Assembly (NCBI RefSeq): GCF_000150275.1
Contig: NW_002060949.1
Coordinates: forward strand, 2,973,836-3,037,835
Source: Trichoplax adhaerens
Lineage: Eukaryota > Animalia > Placozoa
Direction: 5' to 3'
Length of the DNA: 64,000 nucleotides
Shown: piece after piece, positions 12,905-24,400 of the stretch
Position numbering within the stretch: the stretch's first letter is position 1
How the letters are laid out: every line of letters begins with the position of its first letter
Position numbers and translations under genes: made by a program
Notes under the pieces: model-generated
What the model saw: only the letters and a program-made list of their open reading frames with translations
Told to the model about the DNA's origin: nothing
Databases searched by the model: none

Positions 12905-14726
12905 TTAATCGTCTTTTATCCGTGCAAATTCCTTTACAATTTTCCAGTACTTTTGAATTATTGGATATTTAATGATAAGATACGCAAAGGCAATAAGTGT
13001 ATATACATATGATAACATTAAGTATATGTTCATCGTATCTGATACGTTGACTGTTACAGGACCTGCGTTGTCTAGATCAGTAATATTTTCTGAAGCGTTA
13101 TAACTCAGTCCTAGGTAGAAATTTTTGATCGTAGAGAATTAGTACATTATAAATTTGATAGATAGTTTACTAAATCACGAAACATGCATTAAACTAACTG
13201 GATATGAATATAGTGACTGAAAAGCAAACTAGTATAATTATATTATAATTGTCCAGGTTTATTTTATTTTAGAAATGGAGGGTTTGTAATGTAAATGTAT
13301 GTTTCAATATTTCATTCCTTAACAGAGGTTGTATAGCGGTTTGTAAGCTCTTTCAACATTATTACTATGTAGCTATTATCAAGTTAAACTAGTAGCCAAT
13401 AGCTGTTCATACAAGTATTCTGATTAGAGCTAAGAGTATATTTGACGTGTAAACTGTTGATAATATCAACTAGGCTAAACGTACAATTGCTACATACGTA
13501 TTGCATCTGGTGTTGTCCATCAATATATGAGCATTAATAAGATAAACCAATACTAGAAAGTGAGTGTTATCCTACAGAAATTTGATCTAAGAATCATCTA
13601 AGACATCATATCCATCTATTCATCTAGTAATTTTCCTTCTTCGCCTGGTAACAATTCTGTGAAATCAATGTTATTCCACTACAGCAGTTAAAATAACTAT
13701 GAAGCATATTAAGCTATTTTTCTGATAACTAAAAGTACCGTATAAAAGTCTACGTGGGTTGCATAATAATCGTGAAATACAAACTTATAAAAAATAAACC
13801 GTTACCTGTAACATTGCTGACGAATTGAACTAGGTTGTTGAAAGTGGCTGTTGAATTAAATCGAAGTATTCGTCTTGCACGGACAAAGATTAAAACAGTT
13901 GGTGTACCCATGACTCCAAACTAGGATTGAAGAAAGGGTTTATCATTAATTAATGTTATCAGAAGTTTATCCCTATAGTTGAGGGGGAAGGCTTTATACT
14001 CGTAACGTTTATTTCAATCCGTTAGTAATATTGGATATGATCGATATCGCCGTTAACTAAAGCACGTATATGTTATGTAGCAATATATAATGTTGGCATG
14101 ATGTTACTATACAGTACGCGTATAAGCTTTAAATTACAAGAGTACCAATACTGTAGAGCAGTTATCGATGAAAGTAATTGACTTACCCTGATATTATAAT
14201 AGCGGTTATCGTAGGCATTAACAGATATAGTGGTTAAATTAGGAAATATATGACCAATTGCATTGTATGCTGGTGCTAATTGAGCCGAAAATGAACAAGA
14301 CGATGAATAGAATAGTACCACTGCACAACAATTTTTATTATGCATGAGGGTATCGTTAGCAAATTGAAGCCATTGCGTTTTATTCATATGAATCACTTCG
14401 TTGACAGCAAAAGGACAGCTAAAATTTCCCAAGCAATTGAGTTGATTTCTACCATCATCGCTAGAACTGCTATTATCTAATAAGAATATTTGACGATATA
14501 CTTCTCGAGTGAAGTTAAGTTGTTGTATTTGATGATAACTACGACAGTAAGGTCGATCAGCCAGGCATGTCCTACTTGCATTGCTACCGCTGTCTTTTGT
14601 CCAACTGCCACTATAACAATCCATATTGTAGTTTACTTGACCATAGCAAGAAATCTGAAAAAGGAGCATACAGTAAGCAGCAAATAAAATATACTTCCGA
14701 TGGACTTGGATAGGCTGAGTCTTCAT
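12905..14726 (-). CDS. TXNDC15: Thioredoxin domain-containing protein 15 (signal peptide, CxxS thioredoxin fold, C-terminal TM helix), 3 exons
   Basis: Exon 1 (~14188-14726) has a hydrophobic N-terminus and VVLFYSSSCSFSAQLAPAYN. Exon 2 (~13807-13921) FGVMGTPTVLIF. Exon 3 (~12905-13110) has TM segment IYLMLSYVYTLIAFAYLII and ends RIKDD*. Confidence 0.88.
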
Positions 14727-15011
14727 GATTAGCTATTTACCACCTCTAAATGAAGATCATTCTACTTGCAATGTTAGCTTAATTCTTGCAGTAGTTTTCT
14801 GTTACTTAACTGAGCGACGATGAAGGCGAACCTGATCGTCAGCATTAGTCACTCACTATTAACTATTTTGATCGTTGTAGTCAATTTTCACAAGTTGTAT
14901 ACTCCCTGGTGTAAGTATTGCTTTCGTTCACTTAGTTTAAGCGATCTGATAGTATGTCATACCAGTGTTTCCGTATACTGATAGTAATTACACCCATCGA
15001 CACTTTAGTTT

Positions 15012-15190
15012 GCTGTACGGTACACCATGGCATCGCTAGGAGCATGGTAGACAGTATGGAAAGTACGATACAGTACAGATTTGTATAGAATCTTTGAAAT
15101 ATTTGGAATAGACTGTACTTGACTGTACGGTTTACTATCGATCGCTACGACTGATAGAAACACTCTAAGTACTTTAGTACAGCATACTGA
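15012..15190. repeat. Degenerate CAGTA/GTAC micro-repeat cluster upstream of TXNDC15
   Basis: Repeated ctgtac, acagtacag, gactgtac and tagtacag words about 300-460 bp upstream of the ATG. Confidence 0.5.
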
Positions 15191-16074
15191 TTTACAGACC
15201 AAAGCGATATGCTATCCTATGTTATGCAATGCTCAAATTTTTAAAAGATACATTTGATATAGGGTGATACATTATGAAATATCTACGTACGATAGCAACT
15301 GCAATTAAATTGAAAATTACTAGTTTAAATACAAGTCGATCTTGAAAAATTTATATCAATTCCTTGAAAGCCTAATTGACTTTGCTGAATTAAATTTCAA
15401 TTATGTCATCATTTCTAATTTTTTAGCAATAACATCAATCGATTTTTGTTAAACCTTTCTCGTCAAGTATTCACGAGTACAGTGTAGCATACATTCGATG
15501 CGTGCATTGGCTATGCAATGTTGCATACATTGCTAGCACTAAATGAAAATGTCTTTACGGAATTATTTTACGCTATCAATTTTAAGAAACGATTGGATGA
15601 GAATGCCATTGCAGGCTACCATTGTCTGATACCGAAAGACAATCCAGTACTCTACTCGTATAAGGCTTTTACAAGAATTACGCGGCCCAAATATTATGCT
15701 GTACACATTCATAACTTGATATTTGATTGGGAATGTAAATACGCGGCCACTAGTCTAAACTCTAAAGAAGGCTACAATACGCCAAACGTAAGCATTGTCC
15801 ACTACTTTTTATTAATTAAAAATAGAATCTCGAGTATATTATCTATATATCACAATGAACTCTAAGTAGGTTATTAGCATAAATCAGAAGATTTTATGAA
15901 AATTCATTTTAATATTGCATACTATAGAACGCATATCCATGCATTAATCTTGCAAGAACTTCAATAATTCATGGTATGTCATATAATACAAAATTAATAT
16001 ACGAGTACGTAGGTGTTTGATTTAGATCAAACTCTACTTCTGCAACTCTCTCCATGGCTTTCTTCATCGATAAT

Positions 16075-19000
16075 TTATGAAGAAAGGAAGCTAACTCCCG
16101 TTTTTGCTTGATTGTGCAACTGACTTTCTAATTTCCCTTATATATTTGAAAAAGAAAGTGCTCATTGAATACTCTTCGATTTCTATATTGCTTATAGAGC
16201 ATAGTATAACAAAGCTAATAATATACAATATTTGACGCGTAATTAACCGTAAGCTGGTCAAGCTTTACTTACAGATTTTATGCTGCCCCTTTACTGGAAA
16301 CTTAACGTACAATTCTAGAGGACTAGCGACTATAAAAACATACGGAGATTCTGATTCGCCATCTGGGTACTATAATTATAATTGTATTACAATACATTAC
16401 GCCTAAGTAATCGGAATTGACAACGAAATGTAAAGCTCCATACGATAAATAGCGGAAACAATTCATGTACTAGTATCAGCATGCTCATAGCTTACTTTTT
16501 CTTGATATTCGTTCTGATCTAAACAGTCCAATACATCCACACAGCCTAATAGGCAACCAGCTGGGTAACTATCTGGGAAATCTAGATCAACTCCTACAAA
16601 ATGGTCCAAAATCTAAATGTTAACACCAATTATGGAAAATCTATTGTAATAAAAGTCAATTTATAACTACCTGAGTAGCGAACTCGGTACATATCTTCTA
16701 ATGCTTCTATGTCGCTTTTCTCACAATCTTTACTTGTCGAAGCTATCCAAAGTCTCCCTCGATGAGATGCATACCATGTACGCCCTTCATGCCTGAATTT
16801 TCAGAAATTATCAACTTATTAATTTTACGTTAATTAAGGAATGTACTAGAATATATCTGCCTAGTTTTCAAATTTAACCACTTCGAATAATTACGCAACA
16901 TTTGTAGGCTGTCAGTAAATAATTACTACTAACACTTTGATTCCACGAATTAAAAGAGATGCCCAGGGTTGATGCATACTCAGGCATAAACCTTAACAGC
17001 GTAAAAAATTCACCTTTGTCAATTATGTACTACTTAGAGTGGAAGTAAAGATCACAAAGATTTTACAGTATAAATTATTTAGCGACTTCAAAACCTTTAT
17101 CAGTAACTTCTTGCAATTCCCTATCTTGTAGTCTAAATTTAGCTTTACTTGGGACTTTTAAACCGGATTTGACAGGCTCAGAGATTTTCTTTTGATGTTT
17201 ACCAATGCTTACAAACTATAAAATTACCGTTTCAAATATTTAAGATGGTCTTTTACAATAACAACCCAAGAACTATAATTAGTAACCTACCTTAACTTTA
17301 TCTGGGGATATTACAGGATTGTTTGGATGAAAGATATCTTTTTTACTCTTAGTATTATCACGCTTAGTTCCAGAAAATATGGACAGGTTATCATCGCGAA
17401 GTGCGCTCTTATTTACACGATTAAAGTAGTCGTCATCTTCATGAACGACTTGTCTTCCTGCTAAATCAATCGTCACTTTCATTTCACGGCGCGACTTATG
17501 TAGCTGATTATTTCTTTGACGTTCTAACTCTTTCAACTGTTTTATTTCACTTTCAGAAAACCATCTATCAGTCTTAAAGTAATCGCGCTGATCATCAATA
17601 ACTTTAGTTCGCTGAGCACTAATACGAATAAAATATTTAAATTTCTGTTAATTTATAATCATTGACAATATCTAAGAAGAAAACTGATTAGAATGCTTTA
17701 TTATGGTACACTACAGTTCTGACCTAGAACGATCATATTCTAAGAGTTTATTCCGATGTTCAATTGCATTTTTAGCTTGAATTTCCTAAAAAAAAAGAAG
17801 CAGCACATTTATTGATCTATTAGTATAGACTACAGTATATTTTCTTATAATATTATAAAAATACATTAGATTACTGTATATAAACCTGTAAAGAAAATTT
17901 TAATGACTGTTATCTTGTTAGATAACATTCAGATATCGAAATAATGGAGAATGATTAGAATTTTTGATTGTATACGATGTTAATTGGCTTACGCACAGAA
18001 TCACCAGAATAATCGATGAAAGTATTACTATACTTACAAATTCTTGATTGGCATTCATTAACGATTCGTATAACTTTTTGCTTTTCCGTGAATTTCTACT
18101 AAGAATTTCTTTTTCTTCATTGGTGCATACCATATTACCACAAGATAAGCAAGGGCCAGAACCTTCCTGATTACAAATAATTCTTCCACAGTTCAAGCAG
18201 TTATTAACTAACTCATGTCTTTGCGCTAAGCAGTTACAAATATGCCTTCCTGGTAATCGGGCACTACCATCAAATTGTGACTGTCCTTTTTCACTAGTTA
18301 ATGGTATAAATCGTTTCTTATTAGCAGAATTTGCAGATGCATTCCGAGTATATTTAGTGCTTGAACTTGGCTGCAACAATTTTAAAAATAATTAGTTGCA
18401 TTATCTATCATAAGTATAATAGTATGTTCCATCATGTTTAGAAGAAGCAATCTAAGTCTGCTATGTCCTTGACTACAGTTTTTCGGATTACATTTTGATA
18501 TGTATTTATCTACCTGTTCCATCGACATTTTGCCATAGGCAGGTAATTCATTCAAATTGTCTTTTCTATAATAATATCCCTCTGGATTTTCTGCAAGTGC
18601 TTCATCCTTATGCATAGCTTTATTACCTTGATTGCCTTTACCTGCACCTGCACGCTTTCGTCTTCTTTTCTGAAGAGCTTGAATAAATTTTTTTTTCTCG
18701 CTTGGATCGGCATTGGGGAATATATCATCTATAATTTCTGTTAAATCCTCCGCATTGTTACATTCTAGGATGTACCTACAAATAGTGAATTTTGGGTAAA
18801 TAGAATTAGTTCGCTATTTGCACATGTACAAGCAATATGCGTTTAATGAACATTCTTACTACATATATTACTTAATATACTGTACTGTATACACGTCTAG
18901 TAATACCAAGAGTTGCTCTATCCAAGTAATACCGTAGTAACAGGTATTAATATATGACGTAAGTGCTCAAGATAGATTTCATACTCCATTCACTGTTATA

Positions 19001-19655
19001 GCTATACTATAGCTCTGTCCTTCAAATAAAAAGTACGCGTGCCTTATAAACTGGATAGCAGTTACCCGTAAGATTACTGCAAGCTATCAGCTGACTAGTA
19101 TAGCAATTCTCTATCATTAAATCAGTTCAAATCAATATTATTCTTGTATGACACGAAGACATACGAGTACATGTACTGTACAGTATATGGAACAGGTTTG
19201 GGCTAATTTTAAATCATTGATAATGATTTTATAATTAAGCAAATGCCCTAAAATGTACAATGTGTAAAAACACTGTCTGTCTAGGTCATCACTGTAGTTA
19301 CTGTAAACGTATCGTAAAAGCAATAATTTTAAGTTTAGAGATAGCTAAGATTGTATAGATGTTTAATTCAATATTGATCCCTTAATTCTACATTAGTATA
19401 AAATAAATATTATACCGTAGTACACACGCAAAAGCATCTAACATTGAATGTTCCAGAAGAATAACTGACTTTCAACACGATACACTGTACTACATACAAA
19501 CGTGTATGCTTGAACCCGTATAATCGTACACAGATACGGTTACTGATCCACTACTAGATGATGCATTACCCAATGATAACATCGCTTATTTCGTTCTCAT
19601 GTAATTTCAATAATCTCAGCTGTTTTAGCCATGTAACGTCCTCATCGGTAGGCAT
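16075..19655 (-). CDS. TRIP4: Activating signal cointegrator 1 (ASC-1; C2HC5 zinc finger plus ASCH domain)
   Basis: MPTDEDVTWLKQLRLL...|YILECNNAEDL; zinc finger CNCLAQRHELVNNCLNCGRIICNQEGSGPCLSCG; RTKVIDDQRDYF; ASCH domain CLSMHQPWASLLIRGIK|HEGRTWYASHRGRLWIA, YPAGCLLGCVDV, GESESPYVF, KGQHKI|WKL; stop TAA at 16075-16077. Confidence 0.96.
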
Positions 19656-19794
19656 TATTCACTTCTTGATATGTCGCGTTATATATCAATCAAAGATGCT
19701 CAACAACCAGAAGGATTAATCCAATATTCAGAATATCAGCAAAGTCAGCAGTTTCATCGAGCTTTACAGTATCTCTTATGATTCATTCAATGAA

Positions 19795-20115
19795 CTTGCA
19801 CTGTACACTGTACAGTACAGTACACTCCAATTGAAAGTGTCAACCCAATTGAAAGTGTCACTCCAATTGAACGTGTCACCCCAGTACTGTTTGCACTTTG
19901 CAGTGTGACAGTTCCGTTCAAACCTCTTTGTACAGTACGTACTGTAGTTATGCAGTCTTTATACTGTACAGTACAGTACAATACAGTACAATACACTACT
20001 GTACTGTACAGTACAGTGTACTGTACAGTAGAGCTACAGTACTGTACTTGGAAAACAATGATCTGTACTGTACAGTACAAGTGTTTTGAATCATCATACA
20101 GTACTGTACTGTACT
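19795..20115. repeat. CAGTA/TACTG/TGTACA palindromic micro-repeat array in the TRIP4/EEF1E1 bidirectional promoter
   Basis: For example tactgtacagtacagtacaatacagtacaatacactactgtactgtacagtacagtgtactgtacagt; it produces spurious CTVQY-rich ORFs in several frames. Confidence 0.85.
19825..19878. repeat. 3 x 18-bp tandem repeat (CTCCAATTGAAAGTGTCA)
   Basis: ctccaattgaaagtgtca / acccaattgaaagtgtca / ctccaattgaacgtgtca, head-to-tail, inside the TRIP4-EEF1E1 divergent spacer. Confidence 0.9.
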
Positions 20116-20145
20116 CTTCCAGGGTCATCGCAGCATCTTGATAAA

Positions 20146-21478
20146 ATGGCGATGGATCAAGTAGCGACGTTGGTGATTGGGGATTCCCCGGCTGATCATG
20201 AATTAAAGGACATGATCGATTTCTTCGGATTATCCGATAAGAGAATTACAGTGCAATTAAAAAATAATTCGAAACATCTTAAAGTGGAAAAGGTATAGGA
20301 AGTTAGCTATCGGTCCTAAAAGATCTGCACATACACAGCAACATATTGCTGTTTAAAGCGGACCGTTTCTATCGAATGCATTGCTAGCTCATAACTGAGT
20401 TGAAAACTACTACATACTGTAAATAATATCGACTACATACTGTACAGTGTATACAGGTTTATGTAAGGCTATAGCAAGTTTGATTTCTGCAGCAGGTACA
20501 CCAATTCACTATGCAATGTTATTGCAATTGGTACTATGTGCGGTAATTGTTTAATCCGTAATTGGCTGTGATTGCGTTTCTGATTTGCTACTGACCTTAC
20601 AGTGTTGCATATAAATAGTAAATTAATTAGATGTGTGGTACATATAGAAAGGTTTTTAACTGTGACGTGATATACGGTAGGTGATTCTAACAAGAGAATT
20701 ACGTTTTTATTATTTCTTAATGCGAAGCTACCATGCTTAATTCTGGACGGAAAGTTGATTTATCAGTATAATGCCATCGCGAAATTTCTAGCTGCAAACA
20801 GCAGCAGCCACACTGGAAAAAGCGATATAGAATGGAACGAAATTTGGCAGTATCTGGAGTACAGATCTGCAGATGTGCAGCCAAACACACGAGATAATGC
20901 TAAGATTCAATCCGTACTAATGGTAAATATTTAATACACGGTAATAGGAATGATTTATTGTATGAAATGGTATAAGTAATTTGGTCTTGCTCTGCTGCGT
21001 GGTTGTCTCTAGGAAATGAATTCTATTTTAGCCACAAGGACATTTGTAGTTGGATTTAAGCAATCTCTTGCCGATATTATTTTATACTTGGGCTTATATC
21101 CGATAGCTGTAAGAAAATATTTCCCCTCATATGCTTTTGCAGAGTTTATTATACATCCTCTGTAAATTTACTGTAATACCGCAGTAAAAATCTGTTATGC
21201 AGTGTATCATAAGTAATTAATTTTTCCTAATTCAGATTAAATCCTATTGAAAATCTATAATTTTAAATTTTGACGATAGACTTCTATGAGTTGCGAAAGC
21301 AAACAGCGATACAAACATTTCTCCAGATGGTTTGATCAGGTTTGTATCTGTTGTTTTAATTTGCATCTGCTAAGGCTGAGATTTCTCGTTTTTCTTTTAG
21401 AATCAATACTTAGCGGCGTCAAGCTTTCACTTAGAAAAGATATATTTTCCGAAAAGTAAGATATATAACTTCTGTTAA
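20146..21478 (+). CDS. EEF1E1: Eukaryotic translation elongation factor 1 epsilon-1 / AIMP3 (p18, GST-like), 5 exons
   Basis: Exons at about 20146-20292, 20728-20922, 21013-21108, 21280-21339 and 21401-21478: EIWQYLEYR, EMNSILATRTFVVGFKQSLADIILYLGL, YKHFSRWFDQ, IYFPKSKIY. Confidence 0.9.
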
Positions 21479-24400
21479 ATAGTTCCAGTGTCATAAGTGA
21501 ATATCATTTTCGTTGTTCATTGCAAATATTTTACAGAAGATGCATGCTATTACGAGTGCATCGGCGTCTTAGTTCTCGAAAAACAGCTGAAAGATTTAGC
21601 TCAATTGTGTACATTACGTAATGACTCTAAATAATACTAATAATAACATCGTTAAGTAAATTTTCTTTTCTTAGCGATTTCTATGTATTTAAACTCTTCA
21701 TTTACGTTTCAATAAATCTGCAATGTACTAAATATTGCTAGTTGTTAAACTTCATATGTACTACTGATGATTAATTGTATTCACAAGTCTTGTTAATCTG
21801 TGTATCATACATTCATTTAGATTAATCACTAAAATTTCAGTCTGACATTAAAGTAAGCACTGGCATGGTGATATCTTCAGCCCTAGTGTATTTTCCTAGT
21901 ACAGAAGTAGTTACTGACAACGAAAGGTTGACATTTTTGATCACACTACAAGTCGTTGTGTGTAGTCCATAACGTCTACCTTGTACTAAGTTTGCCTTAA
22001 AACTCTTCCTTTATGAACTAATTGACGGATATTTTAATACGTGTAAAAAAAATAAATGAAAGATACCATGCAATTGAGCTCAAATAAAGTCACTTTATTT
22101 CGTCATAAAGTAGCATGAATAACAAGAAATTGGCAATAATAGCTTATTTATAAATGAGGGTCTAACTAGACAACGAGATTTGGTCTTTATACGACTATAA
22201 CCTTTGGTAAATTAAAAATCAGCAGCTTTTCATGCGATAGAAAATAAATAATTTGTAATCCTCGTCATATTTATAGATTTTCAATAACAGTTACTGCCGC
22301 GTTATAGTAACGAATAGATATAATAGGCGAAATTATACGCATTCCTATGCAGCGTATGACATTTGTTTCAAGTAGTTAAATATTATGTAAATATTTCATA
22401 TCTTTATCAAAAGAAAATACGGAAATACTCATTGGACAACGTTAATATTGATATGCGGTATCTATATCCTTTATCTTTTGAAGTATAATAGTTCAATATT
22501 AGGCTATTTTGTATCCGGAGTAAATGCAAACTGTCTCAAAGTTATTAATTGACTATAGAGCTATGCCAATCAATTTCATACTTACTGTTTTACTTTTAAT
22601 CTTAACTTATACTATAGAAATGGTAAATGTTATAATTCTTTGTGGATAATGTGTATTAATAGTTTAATTTACCATATTGGCCTTGTAAATTTATAAGCAT
22701 GTATCAGAGAGCTATTAATACATTAGTATAATTGCGATTTTGATCCTCGAGTTAGCTGATATAAATACTGTATAATAATTTTGATGATGCTTCAACTATA
22801 AAGTGACATATAATTCTTGAGCTTTGATTAATTGGTTAGTTCGTCGCCACTGCTAGGCTCAGTCATAATTGTAAGCAATGTGAGTAGTATTTTCTTCAAT
22901 CATTGTGATATCATTAAATTAATTATCATCAGTAGACTACTAGTATACTCCTTCATAGTGAAGCATATCCAGTAATAGTAGATAAAAATTAAAATTATTA
23001 AAAAGCATTATATTTACGTTGATGAATAACTTTGTGTTTTGTTTTTGAGTCCATTGATGATGAATGTACATCATATCGTTAGCAAACTACATTGTAATAA
23101 AATCATCAGATTCAAAGCGTAGTAAAATATTATAAAATAACAACAAAAGCAGAGTATATGGTATATGCTTTATCTAATATCCAGTGAATACTTAAATTAA
23201 ATGAGCTATTTCTTGGATATACTCTTGAACATTATACGGTACAAGAACCTGATTATTTTCCTATTAGAAAATGGATAATGGCAGAGTAAAGCACAGAAAA
23301 GGAATATAAGGCTTTTCAAATTCAGACGATAAATACCTATTATATCCTTCGTTACATAATAAATGATACCCACCTGCTCTGGTTATTATCAATTGGATAA
23401 CAGCACGTGCTACACATATGTTTTAAATCATAAACATAACCTTGGGAATAGAGCTTTACGTAATTTCTGATAAATTGAATAATATCATGATAGATTAGCG
23501 CATATGTACAATATATAATATAATTGAATATGAATATTTATACATAGTATATACCTAATAGATCATAATAATGGCTTTATATGATAGCTGTTTGAGTATG
23601 CATGTTATAGATTATACATATTTATTTCAGAATGTTACCTCCAGTTAGGTATCGATTATCTTTAGAATTGGATTTTTTAATTCATTTATACTTATTATGC
23701 TAGCAGTTAGTCATAATCATTGCATAGCAATCGTCTTGTTATCCTTTCCTGAAAGATCCATAATAATTATCGGAGGCGTACGAAAATTATGATACTCCAC
23801 AGAAAATCAGGTGAATAATGTTTAGTCTAGCCCCAATATGAGTTTTAATGAAATATTTGTAATTCATTTGCTTATACTACATCATTCTTAACTGTACATA
23901 GTAAATCATTTATTAGACGATGAAATCGTATCTACAGTGGTAACACGCAATTACGTATATAAAGTCACCTTGTAATAATAAATAAAAAAAAGGCAAGATG
24001 GATAAATAAATAGACATTCAGGAAATAACAAAAACCATAAGCCTCCTTTCATTTAGCCCTATAACGCCTAAACGCTGTAAATCTATATTTGTAATTGTAA
24101 CAAACATCTAATAAATAACACGAGTTTTATATTCAAAGCAAATGTAATACGATGTTTGTGACCCCTAAAACGAGATTCTCTATTCAAGTAAACATTTTTG
24201 GTCTTAATTGTAATTGTTTTGTGTAAATATCCAGTTTGTGCCGTCTTGATAACCAGCTAGTGAAGCAATAGTTAATCAAAAGACAAAGGTTTTAGAAGTT
24301 TTTATTGAAGAGTGAGTTGCTCTGTAGCTTTTTTCAAGCTTTAAGGATAGTGATGGTATGTGGTATCTAGTGACATTAAGGAGATAAAAGAATGTTCATC

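Noticed and set aside
15518-15865. 115-aa plus-strand ORF between TXNDC15 and TRIP4
   Set aside because: No recognisable domain or supporting splice structure, and it probably overlaps the TRIP4 3'UTR antisense; likely chance.
18688-18696. A9 run in the TRIP4 CDS as a frameshift site
   Set aside because: It reads in frame as KKK, with no need for recoding and no evident downstream structure.
19825-19878. CRISPR-like array
   Set aside because: The 18-bp units are directly adjacent with no spacers, the context is eukaryotic, and there are no cas genes.
19787-20141. Overlapping ORFs rich in CTVQY/YSTV (also 31302-31628, 36936-37118, 37007-37276)
   Set aside because: They are translations of stop-poor CAGTA/TACTG micro-repeats, open in several frames on both strands, with no protein features.
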